NCBI RefSeq assembly: GCF_009914755.1
Contig: NC_060936.1
Length of the DNA stretch: 64,000 nucleotides
Reading direction: 5' to 3' (one strand)
DNA from: the human T2T-CHM13v2.0 reference genome, Homo sapiens
Below the pieces are notes generated by a model that worked only from the letters and a program-made list of their open reading frames with translations, did no database searches and was not told the origin of the DNA. This document shows positions 1-13,316 of this stretch, piece by piece. The position numbers and the translations under genes are program-made. The first letter of the stretch is position 1; every line of letters starts with the position of its first letter.

Positions 1-349
1 CCCACCCAGGCCCCAGCTTGATTTAGGAGTGTAAGTTACACTCAGCACTCAGCCCACGCTGAGTCTGATGCCCACAGGTAAAGGGTAATGCTGGCCATCG
101 AAATACAAAAGCTAAAGGAAGCACAACATTCTCTCTGCCTCCCTGCCTTGCACCTGGCCTCCTTATCTGTCTCCCAGACTTGAAAGATCAGTGTATACAC
201 ATCAACGCGGTAGACCAGGGGGAGTCTGACAATGAAAGGAGAGACAGCCATGAGATCAGGGTGGGACTGGTAAGGGAGCTCTTCTCTGAATCCAAAATAC
301 TTTATCACCAAAGATTTCATGAAATGACATTTATTGTTTAAAAAAGCGT

Positions 350-432
350 GAGTCTGGAATTAGATAGTGGTGATGGTTGAACAAGTTTGTGAATTTACTA
401 AAACCACTCAATTGTACGCTTAAAAAAAAAAG
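350..432 (+). mobile_element. Short L1M 3'-end fragment in the UTR
   Basis: 'ctggaattagatagtggtgatggttgaacaagtttgtgaatttactaaaaccact...tttaaa' resembles old L1M 3' UTR consensus. Confidence 0.6.
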
Positions 433-1251
433 CAAGCTTGAGCTGCCTAAGTCCCGCTCACACACACTGGACTTGTACTAAATGCTCAACGATTCCATTC
501 TCTCAGACTATGGAACATTCTGTCACATTTTTTTCCTTCAGGAGATTTCCCTAAGAAGAGCTGTTTGCAAAATATTGCACTTAATTTGAATCCAGGGGGA
601 CCTGATGTCTCCTGGAAGAAAACGTACACTCACATGCCTTCCTGCCTGCAGCAGATGGCGGGAGTGGTGGGACAAGGGGCTCAACAGCAGTTTCCATGAA
701 CATTGTTTCCATCTTCCTCTTTGTTATACACACAGAGACACAGATTTAAAGGAAAGTATCATCTGGGCTGAAGGCGGTGAATGGTATCCCCCAAACAGGG
801 ATGTGAACTTTTGAATGTTTTCAGCTCAGAGGCAGTATGGTCGTCCTAATACCTCAGGACTTATGTTCAGTGAGATGTTAAGAGACAGGTGGCAACCTTG
901 GCTCAAACACTGGACTTAATTTATTTTATTCTTGCTAGTCTTTCACTTCTCAAAGACGATGCTCTCAATCTTCATCCAGGTGAACTGCTCCCACTAATCT
1001 AGCCACCATTCAGTCACACCCTACGTCCTCGTTTCCTCATGCTTTCAGCGTTCCGACACCTCAGTGCACTTGAACTTTAGAGGCTATGGTTCGGTTGTCC
1101 TTCAAGGAAAAAACTGCAACATGACCATCATTTGTTTTCATTTCCTGAGTAAGCTTCGCAGTCCCTCACAGACCTGTGAATAAGATGAATCACATAAAGT
1201 GAATCATATCCTCCAGGGGGGCTTATCACAATCAAGATTTGCCAAAAAACA

Positions 1252-1381
1252 GCCAGGCATGGTGGCTTGTGCCTGCAGTCCCGGCTGCTTGGGAGGCTGA
1301 GGTGGGAGGATCCCTTGAAGCAAGGAGTTTGCAACCAGCCTGAGCAATATTTAGCAGAGCCCTGCCTCAAAAAAGAAAAAA
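1252..1381 (+). mobile_element. FLAM/Alu monomer in the 3' UTR
   Basis: gccaggcatggtggc...cctgcctc plus A tail. Flanked by direct repeat aagatttgccaaaa. Confidence 0.85.
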
Positions 1382-2008
1382 GATTTGCCAAAACACAAAC
1401 CTTCAGAGTAGTGCTCACAGGATTCCAAATTAATGTTAAAGTCACAGTCTGATGAGGGATTTGAAAACATTCCTGCACACTCTGAAGGCTGGGCATTTGC
1501 TAGCCAGTTGAGACAAAATCAGGTGTTGGTTGCCTGGGTATGAGAAGGTGAAAGCCCCATTCATAAATCCCTATGCCTTCCCATTTAAAGTGTAACAAAA
1601 CCCCTCAGGTAGACTTGTTGGATAACAGGTGTGTGATAAGATTTCCACGTTACAGGGTCATACACGACTGACTGCTGTGGACACTGAGTACATGACGGGA
1701 CCTATGGTCCCCTGGAGAGAAGCAGGGTGGATCACACGGGGACCATAGGCCACAGTGTTTAACACTGCCCAAGCCTGTGATTCTTCATTCCCTGAATCAT
1801 GCATATCCTTGCTTTTTATAGGACTCACAGAAAACAACCATTAGCAATTGTGAAGCTCAATTCTGACAGAGACTTAGGAGAGAGACCTCTTTCTTCAGGA
1901 TCACCAATTATGCCAAGGTCTCAATATACAGAGGTTTACCACGCTGGGCTGGTCAGGTGGGCAGGAAATCGGTCTGATTAAGGCAGTGAGCAAGGTAGGA
2001 GAGCTCTG

Positions 2009-2130
2009 AAACAGATTCGTGTTAACGAAGTACAAGGACTGAGTTGGCAACTGCTACGGAGTTAAGAGAATTGTAGTTATTTACACCACACAGTCCTAGT
2101 TTTTCTTACACACGAGTCCGCACAATCATT
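2009..2130 (-). ncRNA. MIR7844: mir-7844 hairpin, mature 5p at 2103..2082
   Basis: The reverse complement of 2082-2103 is AAAACUAGGACUGUGUGGUGUA, which I recall as hsa-miR-7844-5p. Inverted arms are visible (aggactg/cagtcct; cgtgt/acacg). Precursor limits are approximate. Confidence 0.75.
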
Positions 2131-2210
2131 CACTGTAAAATTTGGTAGTATGCACAGAGTTTTCTTTAAAATAAAAACTTGAAAGAACTTGAAGGCAGGA
2201 ACCAGTGGCT

Positions 2211-2513
2211 TCATCTTGGTATTATCATCCTTTCTATGGCACACAGGATATGGTCCCAGTTTTTACAAAATATAGCAAGAAGAGTCACGGCAAAGAAGGT
2301 GCCAAGAATGTGGCAGCGACTCTTCATCATGGGTGAGACGAACTTCGCGATGGTGGACACACACACTAAGATGACAGTCATGAAGGCCAGGATCACGTTG
2401 ATGCACCTCCCCAGGAGAACTTTAGCATTCACGGTGTCTGTCTGCAGAGCTTGCTGCTCTTGCTGGTGGAGCTCCAGCTTAGAAATGCGAGTCTGGCAGG
2501 ATTCCAAGGCTTC
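2211..2513 (-). CDS. TMCC3: TMCC3 terminal coding exon (100 aa + stop; two C-terminal TM segments)
   Basis: Acceptor ...ctcccTCTTGCTCACAG|GAAGCC, phase 0. Encodes EALESCQTRISKLELHQQ...VILAFMTVILVCVSTIA...ILGTFFAVTLLAIFC...MIIPR*, the TMCC/TEX28-family C-terminus. Confidence 0.96.
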   Translation of the reverse strand, partial: EALESCQTRISKLELHQQEQQALQTDTVNAKVLLGRCINVILAFMTVILVCVSTIAKFVSPMMKSRCHILGTFFAVTLLAIFCKNWDHILCAIERMIIPR

Positions 2514-2786
2514 CTGTGAGCAAGAGGGAGAGCAAGGGTCAAACGGTGTTGGGATGGTGAGCAACACGTGAGTGCTCGCTCAGCTGTACACAAAAGCCCC
2601 AGCTCAGAAAGCCCAATGCCCAGGCGGCTGCAAATCCCCAAACCGATGATGATGGTGATAGACAAAGATGTGGAACAAGAATCCCAGGCTCATTTTCTCC
2701 TGTTGTTCATGAGTAGAAGAGCATGTGGATACAACCACAAAATACCATAAATGAGGAAGTATGGCTAAGTTTTTTGACTTTACCTG

Positions 2787-3388
<602 letters not shown>

Positions 3389-3689
3389 TGACTTTACCTA
3401 TTTTTGAAATAAAGTGATATAAAATATTGGTGCCTGTTGGTGCCATCAGGGACAAAGCAGAGAAGGAGGGAGGTTCCACTTTGTGACTACTCCACCTTTC
3501 AGCCAAGGAGTGTGTGGGATCTCCAATGGTCAGTCCTTATTTCCACCGCTCAAAGATTTTTGTCCATCAGTTAGAGATTGGCGGAGGAAGGCGAGAGAAG
3601 GGAGGGGAAGGGACTGGGGCTGACTGTGGGGCAACTGTGCTTTCACCTGCTCTCTGAACGCGGTGTTACTCAGGACACCATCCGAGGCT

Positions 3690-4830
3690 ATCTCCCTGGA
3701 TCTCGTCCATGCCAAGTCTTCAATTACTAAGACACAGATGGCTACAAGTGTATCTCTAGGCCAGTTCTTCTTCTGAGATTGACTCACAGATCTCCATGCC
3801 TCTTTGACATCTCCATCAGAGCTTCCTGAAAGCACCTCAAATGCAACACGTACAAATGTGGCTTCATGTATTGCAGCTACCCAACACCTGCAGTCAACCC
3901 TCTTCCCTTCCAGTGTCCTTCTTCTCAGAGTACAGCACCATGATCCACCCAGTTCCTCATACCAGAAGCCTAACGGGCATACCCTGATACCCTTCTCATC
4001 CAACCCGTCGCCCAGCCACGGAGGCAACATCCAGTTTCTAGCTCAATTGGTCCGGTTCTCTCTCCACCCGGTCAGCACCCCAATCTAAGTCACCGGGATC
4101 TCCTGCCTGCAATAACCTTACACGAATTTCCCTATACACTCTTTTGTTCCCCACCCTTACGAATCCATTTTCCACACAGCCACCCAAGCGGTCTTTTAAG
4201 GATGCATATTTGGTATCACTCCTTTTCATAAAACCTTTACAATCTTTAATATGGCCTTCTGAGGCCTTGCAAGGCCAGGTTCAGCTCCCTCTCCTCCCTC
4301 ACTTAATGACTTCATGCCAGCCGCTTGCCCTGTCACAGTACTCTGGCCTTTTCTAAGTTCTTTTTTTCTTTTAAGAGACAGGGTCTCACTCTGTTGCCCA
4401 GGCTAGGGTGCAATGGCACAGTCAGAGCTCACTTCAACCTCAACCTCTGGTCTCCTGCCTCCATTCCTCCTGAATGACTGGAATTACAAGTGCGAGCCAC
4501 CACACACAGCTTTATTCTAAGTTCTGAAAAGGAGCACAGACTCACCTCAGGGCTTCTGCATATTCAGTACACTCTGCCTGAGACATGTGCCTCCCCCACT
4601 CCATCCCTTCTTCACCCGTGGATCTCCCACTCATTTTTTAGGTCTCGCCTTGATTGCCACATCCCTGGGGAAGCCTTTCCTGATCCATGAGATGAGATCA
4701 AGTCTCCCTTCAGCTCTCCTCCCCAACCACAAGACATACGCTGCCTGAGGACAGGAACTAGCCCATCTTGCATTTGCTGTCCTCTCCAGCACAGAGCCAG
4801 CGCCAGGCATGCAGCACGTGCCACACACTG
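3690..4830. mobile_element. Degenerate L2 remnants with an Alu monomer at ~4360-4510
   Basis: Pyrimidine-rich L2-like phrases (ctccatgcctctttgacatctcc; gaagcctttcctgat). Confidence 0.5.
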
Positions 4831-4881
4831 GCTGAATATGAAAGAGACAGCTAGGTGCCAGTAAGAGAATGTGAGGCTTGA

Positions 4882-5182
4882 TGGGTACAGTGGCGCATGC
4901 CTGTAATCCCAGCATTCTGGGAGGCCGAGGCGGGTGGATCACTTGAGATCAGGAGTTCAAGACCAGCCTGGCCAATATGGTGAAACCCCCTCTTTACTAA
5001 AAAAAAAATACAAAAATTAGCTGGGCATGGTGGCATGCACCTGTAATACCAGCTACTCAGGAGGTTGAGGCAGGAGAATCACTTGAACCCAGGAGGCGGA
5101 GGTTGCAGTGAGCCGAGATCACGCCACTACACTCCAGCCCAGGCAACACAGTAAGACGGTCTCAAAAAACAAAAAAAAAAAA
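4882..5182 (+). mobile_element. AluS
   Basis: Dimeric Alu with TSD agaatgtgaggcttga on both sides. Confidence 0.93.
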
Positions 5183-6084
5183 CAGAATGTGAGGCTTGAG
5201 AGAGAAACCTTCAGGCCTGCTGGGTGAAAAGGATCTAACTAGAGGTAGTACAATGTGCCCCTCTCTGTTCTAACTCATTTGCCCATCTGTGTTTGCTCAA
5301 TTAAAATATAGTCACCTTTTCAGGTTTTAAACAAGAATAATGGCTCCAAGATTGATTTGCTTTTCTTCTGCTGAATAACTCTATGGGCCAAAGAACAGGT
5401 TCTCTGTTACTATAGTAACTTCTATTATACTAGGCTACCAACGAAAAGGATAAAACTTCTTCAGATCTTACATTCTAGAAAGTGCTGGCTTTCAGCAATA
5501 ACAGGCATGTACTAGAAATCATGTGTTCTTTTCAACTACTTGGGTCCAAGGTTTCCTCTATTTTAGGCATAACACAGAAAAGGTGATGGAACAAGACAAA
5601 AGACCAACCTTTTAGGAAAATCCATGAATCTTTGATTATAAAATGAATTACGTGTACAAATAGACCGATCTTAGAATTGTCTTACAACTGCTGTCAATTT
5701 TTTTTAACCAAAAGAAAAATCCAAGAAAATTAAGGGTGAATTCCAAGGAATTTGAGTCACAGCAGCCAGAGTATTCAGCCCCACAATTTTTGGTACTTCC
5801 TTGGGTCCAGTAATTAACTTATTGGGGATGATGACCATAAAAAGGGGTTATCTTGAAACATTTCTAACTGGGAATTCAGGGTTTAAAAAACCACTCAGTT
5901 GTTTAAAACAACAAAACCCTGACATCCCTGCAGGCAACAGCCTCCCTGTCTCTGGCAGCCCATTCCCTTTGTGTAACCGTGCCTGTAAGAACAAAACAAA
6001 TAAGAAAAAATGATGAAGTCAAAAGGCCCAACTGCTAGAAGCCCTGAGGATTGTGGCTACTCCCGGATGTAATAAAAAGAATGG

Positions 6085-6290
6085 ACAGTATTTATTTTTT
6101 GACTGTTTACTATGTGCCAGGCAAAGATTTCAATACTTTACATGATTATTCCATTTAATCTTCCTTGACAACCTTTTGAGGTAGAGCTCATTAATATTTC
6201 CATTTTATTAAGGAGGAAACTGAGGCACAGAGCACTAACTCATCCAGGGTCACACAGCATAGGTGAGGAGGGCCAGGATTCTAACCAACG
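6085..6290 (-). mobile_element. MIR
   Basis: Core 'cattttattaaggaggaaactgaggcacagag...gggtcacacagc'. Confidence 0.75.
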
Positions 6291-6576
6291 TGACAGGGAA
6301 GACACTCCAGTCATTCACACAGATGTCCTCTTTACACTTCTGAGTGAGAGATGAAACCAGAAAACGTCGAAATGAACCTCTCTGGATTTTTAAGTTCCCT
6401 TTGTGTGGTCCCTCCTTCACCACTAAAATATGTTTGTTAAAACACAGAAGAACAATATTAACCCAAACTATCCCCTAAATAAGAAAACCATGCATTCAGA
6501 TACCACCCAGTGACACCCGAAACATGCTCTAAAATAGAACGACTTCGTGAAGCAATTGTACTGTTCACTTGGCAAC

Positions 6577-6856
6577 ATTTTTATTTGTTTTTTGGAGACA
6601 AGGTCTTGCTCTGTCGCCCAGACTGGAGTGCAGTGGTGTGATCACAGCTCACTGCAGCCACAAACTCCTCCCTCGTCGGCCTCTCAAGTAGCTAAGTTTA
6701 TAGGCATGCCACCATGTCCAGCTATAATAATTAAAAAAAAAATTTTTTTCTAATTATGTTGGCCAGGATGGTCTTGAACTCCTGGCTTCAGATGATCCTT
6801 CTACCTCAGCCTCCCAAAGTGCTGCGATTATAGGCATGAGCCACTGCACTCGGCCC
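6577..6856 (-). mobile_element. AluJ-like
   Basis: Diverged dimeric Alu with TSD cacttggcaaca. Confidence 0.9.
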
Positions 6857-7264
6857 ACTTGGCAACAATTAACGTTTAAATGGGTTCAAGTTTCTCGAAT
6901 AAGCCAGTGGTGAAGCAAAGTCTCTTAATCCAGAACAGGGCCAGAAACCTCCCAAGTGTCTTTTGAGATGCGGTCTCTGGGGGCAGAATTTCCCATCAGC
7001 TCTGATGTGTTGGTTCCCAGAACTGTCCCAAGTAGGCATCTGGGATTAGCACAGGCTCAGCCCTCAGCAGAGTGGAATAAAAACGTGGCCAGTTGAAACT
7101 CCAGGTCACACATTGCAGGATAAAGCGCTATCTTTATGTTTAATTTTCTCCCTTGTAAAGTGGGGCTTGGACTTACAGCCTTCAGCCTTCCTAGAGCTGG
7201 AGAAAATGACTACTGTCCACAGAGAAAATTCATAAAAATGAAGCTGGGCATTGCTTGAAGAGTA

Positions 7265-7621
<357 letters not shown>

Positions 7622-7953
7622 TAGGAAATACTGGAGCACAACTTTGTTTATATTGATCCCATTATCCTTTCCTTCCATCCACCCAGATCCTACCCATTCC
7701 TTCCAGTCCCGCCTTCTCTAGGACATTCAATTACATTCCTTCCTTAAGGATGACTTGCAAGACCTTGTTTAGGCCACTTAACCTCTCTGTGCCTCGGTCT
7801 CCATATCTGAGAAGTGGGGATAATAACAGAAACTACCTTAAAGTGTTGCTGAGAAGTAAATGGGAAAAAAAGAAACCTGTGAAGTGTTTTGCTAGTATTG
7901 AGCACACAGTATGTATCGAAGTACTTTAATTTCTTACAAATACGAATGCTATT

Positions 7954-8253
<300 letters not shown>

Positions 8254-8605
8254 ATGTGAATGCTATTATTTTACAGATGAGTGAATAGGCTCAAGTCTTA
8301 CTCAGGGCCACACAACTGATATGGCAGACGTGGGACTGAACGTGGAAATGTTTTGCTACTACATGACTGACTGCTCCCATGGTCCACAGCTTGCTAGACA
8401 CCACATGGCTAAATTTCTGTGGCTCACAGAGTCCGTGTCGTGTAAATTGGCCAATGTTTGTGCTGTCTTGAGTTCTTTGGCAGTTGCGCTATCCCACACT
8501 CTCCACCTAGGCAGTGAGCTGCTTGAAGCCAGAGATTGTCTCCTATTTTTACATTTTACAGTTTTGGTGGTGATGGGCTTGGGGTGGATAATAAATACTT
8601 GTTCA

Positions 8606-8969
<364 letters not shown>

Positions 8970-9171
8970 GAATATTGTCTTTTTACTTAGTAATGTCTAT
9001 AACATGAACTAGTGGGGTTAACGTGGTACAGATAAAATGTTTGTGCAGAGAAAACATTTTGTGCCATGTGCCAGAAACCCTCTAGGACTTAGGCATAAAC
9101 ATTTAGACTGTTAAATGAATTAAGGCTCGGGAAGAGCCCAGGCCTGTGTCTAATCACAAAGGGAAAGGTAC

Positions 9172-9307
9172 CTGGATGTCCCGCGAGCGCTCGTAGGCCT
9201 GGTAGGCCACCTTCTCCTCAATGCTGGCCAGCTCCTGCTTCAGGTTGGCTGTCTCATGCTGATGCAGGTCCGTCAGGTCATGCAGCTGGTCTTCCAGTCG
9301 CTCATAC
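9172..9307 (-). CDS. TMCC3: TMCC3 penultimate coding exon (136 nt; second coiled coil), absent from the ORF track
   Basis: ctcctctcttttaaAG|G TAT GAG...GAC ATC CAG|GTacct. Encodes (R)[45 protein letters not shown]. Phases 2 and 0 match both neighbouring exons exactly. Confidence 0.96.
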
Positions 9308-9989
9308 CTTTAAAAGAGAGGAGCCGATTCCCAGTGTGACCTTTCACAGCACATTGTGGAACGATGTCCTTTTTATCTTCCTGCGCCAGTACCTTTTGGC
9401 TTGCTCTCATTCCCTGATGGGCTGTTTTTCTAAAAGAGTAAGGCTAGCTGTGGGAATTGAGCTTTTGGATAACACTGAGTCCCAGCTCTGGAAAGATCCA
9501 GTCTCTGGGGTCTTGACTCTCTGTCCTTGCCACTGAAGGTGCACACGGGTCAGACTAGCACCTTAGCTAGCTGCGGTGACCTCAAGATAGAGCTCATCAG
9601 CTGATGCACTTGCCAGGGCCAGGCAGGAGACAGGGCTCTGTGGGATCCTGCTAAAGGAGGGCCAGGACCTCTGGTGTCTGTGGTGCCTTTTCCCTATTCT
9701 GCCCTGACACTGCTGTTGGGGTTCATGGCCAGAGAGCCCACAGGGAAAGCACCATGCTTTTAGTATCACCTTCTACTCTGGGGTCAACTCTACTATTTCC
9801 CAGCATGCAAACACACACTGATTATGGATTTCAGCTCTTGGAACTTAACTGACAATACAAAATTAAGCTTATTACAAATTATAGATGGTTCATCATGCAG
9901 TGTTTCAAAATGTCCAAATCTAAAGGAACAGAAGTACAAAGATTCTCATTCCTGTGCCCTGCCCCTCTCACTGAAGATTATTTTTCTCA

Positions 9990-10325
<336 letters not shown>

Positions 10326-11230
10326 TTATACTGTGTATTTTGAAACAGGATGTACTGTTTGGAGAAGATGCATTCATTAGACTGGAATGACTTTGATCAA
10401 CGCCAATTTCAGATGCTTACATAGGTCACCTGACAGAATCATTTTATAAAGAGGACCAAAGAGCTTCATCCAGATTTAATGCTTATTCTCAGGCATGACT
10501 TCTCAGATGTCAAATGCTGCTACTGCTGTGAATAAGCCTTTAAAGGTCTCTTCAGTAATACAGGTGGTGACTGTAACACGCGGGTCACAAACGTAACCAC
10601 AGGACAGATGCAAACAGAAACCGTCCTGAACTCACATAAATAGGGATCTGTAACTTGGGAGAAAATGTGCATCTAGAAAGTGCTATATCCCAGACTATTT
10701 CGATAGAATTGACGTTCATACTCTGGAAAAGCTGTGACTTAAAATATAATTCTTGTGTGACAAAGATTCCAAAGATGCATATGGAAAGATTTTTGTTTCA
10801 TAAAATTGGAGAATTGAAAAGGCCACATTTCTAAATTAATACAGACATAAAATCATACATCAATTATAAAACAATAAGTAAACTAAATTTAAACTTTTAA
10901 TGTTATAGTATGTAATAGGCATTTTACTATTTTATCTACCTTTTTAGAAGTTAATGTATTATTAACTTTGACTAAAAAACTTTTGAAGTATCTCTTTATT
11001 GGAAAAAATGGGGAAAATGACCTTATATTTGGGCTTACACACTTTGTGTTAATAAGTTATAAGCACCTAAAAGCCAGCCTACAAAACATCTACTTTAAAA
11101 TTACCTAATATAAGCCAAAGGTTTTGAATGTATACTTTAATCTTAAGATGACTTTGGAAAGTTCTTTATTTTACTTTAGAGTAAAAAGTTTAATGAGCAA
11201 ACTACAGAACATAAAAAAATACATTACATA

Positions 11231-11542
<312 letters not shown>

Positions 11543-11814
11543 TTACATAAGGACTTCAAGATTGATGTGCCAAATAAGATTAACTTTGTTGGGTAATGAG
11601 TAAGTGTGTACTTGACAGTTGTTATGGAGGGAAATCAAATATAGATCTCTGAATTAGCATAATGACACTATAACAGAAGTCTACTGAATCAGCATCTTAA
11701 GATGCACGTGAGTTGTTGCCTGTATCCAATAATTTAAGGACCCACACATAAATCCTTCTCTAATTGTCAGCTAAAAGCCACAAATTATAAACTTAGAATC
11801 ATGAAGGATGGAAA

Positions 11815-12140
11815 TTATTGGGTATCCCTTATCTGAAATGCTTGGGACCAGAAGTGTTTCAGATTTTGATTTTTTTCAGATTTTGGAATATTTGCATATA
11901 TATACGGAGATACCTCAAAAATGGGACCCAAGTCTAAAGACAAAATTCATTTGTTTCCTATGCATCATATACACATAGCTTGAAGGTAAAAGTGTACCAT
12001 ATTTTAAATAATTTTGTGCCTCAAGTTTGTGTTAAGTATTTATTTGTGGAATTTTCCAGTTGTGGCATTGTGCTGACACTCCAAAAGTTTCAGATTTGGG
12101 AACATTCTGGATTTCAGAGTTTTGCATGAGGGATGCATCA
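11815..12140. mobile_element. Tigger4-type (MER46/Zombi) DNA transposon remnant
   Basis: 'gtatcccttatctgaaatgcttgggaccagaagtgtttcagattttg...gagggatgc' matches Tigger4a/b termini from recall. Confidence 0.7.
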
Positions 12141-12399
12141 ATACATTAGGGATGTATTGATTGCTAAACGCCCTTTAATCCATATCCATATTTATTGAAA
12201 ATGTAACCATAAGGCATTCTTATTTCAAGCAATCTCTCTGCAGTAACTCATCCTTTTAAAAGAATGCCACACCTATCACGTACCCACTAAGTATCCGTGG
12301 TAATAAAAAAGTTTTCAAAATGAAAAAATAAAATAACATAAAATAAAAAAATAAATAAATAAAAAATAAAAAACACGCCAATGGAATACTTTGAAATAC

Positions 12400-13316
12400 C
12401 TGTATCTTTCCTCTTGCAGGGTCTGAGAAATAAAACCATATTCTCTCTTAAACTGCACCTTCAGTGCCTCGATGTCCTCAGCCAGCTGAGCTTGGGTATC
12501 CTTGATCTCCCTCAGTTCCTCCAGGATCACGGCGAGCTTGCCCTGGCTGTCCAGTGTGCTGGCTCCACCAGCCCCAAACGACTGGTTTCCGTTACTGTCG
12601 GCCGAGCCTGACGTGCCACTCGAACATTCATCATCACTGCCATACTTGGGTTTGTTCACGATGGTAGCGCTGCCCCCGTAGGCCCTGGCACTCGCCTCTG
12701 GCCTAAACTCCTCTAAGGAATTTTTCAAGTGAGCAATGTTGTCGGCGCTGCCAAACTTATTCCGGATCAGGTTGGCAAACTCTCTGGACTTATTGAAAAC
12801 AAACACAGGTGGAGTAAGTGAGACCCCTGGCATGCCCGATTTGCTGCTCTCCATGCAATGGGGGGCAGTTCGAGATTTCACGTGGGCATCTTTCAAAGAG
12901 CGATGTATATCCTTCAGGTGGTCTTTGGAAATGTCCTTTGAGCTCCTAGAGGCTCCATTCTGCTCGATCTCTCTGAGCTTTCGATGATACTGCTCTAACT
13001 TCTTCTGCAGCTGGGCGATGGAGTGAGCTGATTTCTGATTCTTCTTCTCAAAGACTTGCTTGATACGTCCCGCCTGCTGCTTGTCCGCGTTGTTCACTAG
13101 TTTCAGATACTCCGCAACATTCCCATCGCGCGATGTTTGCTCAATTTTTATCTGCTCTGTCACCTTTAGAATTTTTTGCTTCAGGCTGTCTGCAGTGAGT
13201 TTGACCTTGTGGAAGTCCAGGATGCCATCCGGGACATCAAAGTTGAGGTTGGTGTCTGACCCCCCTCGGCGTATGTTCAGGGGCAGGCTTAAGGTATTCA
13301 TGTCATGACGTTCTAC
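12400..13316 (-). CDS. TMCC3: TMCC3 large internal coding exon (917 nt; coiled coils)
   Basis: cttctttcctgtctctttcAG|GTA GAA CGT...GAA AGA TAC AG|GTattt. Encodes VERHDMNTLSLPLNIRRGGSDTNL...EYLKLVNNADKQQAGRIKQVFEKKNQKSA...FGSADNIAHLK...LQEERY, all TMCC-family motifs. The three exons give 451 aa. In-frame ATG at 13301 (GACATGA) would give 446 aa. Confidence 0.97.

Larger units (their letters stand above)
1..2210 (-). other. TMCC3: TMCC3 3' UTR (continues beyond window start)
   Basis: Lies downstream of the TGA at 2213..2211 in the terminal exon. Minus-strand AATAAA at 335..330 and a tandem pair at 930..920. The true 3' end cannot be fixed from this window. Confidence 0.8.

Noticed and set aside
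2514-2567. MLLTIPTPF... start of the 118-aa ORF
   Set aside because: Intronic sequence upstream of the canonical acceptor.
12381-13308. Plus-strand ORFs over exon 2 (also 2179-2571 over the last exon)
   Set aside because: Antisense shadows of real coding sequence with no independent support.
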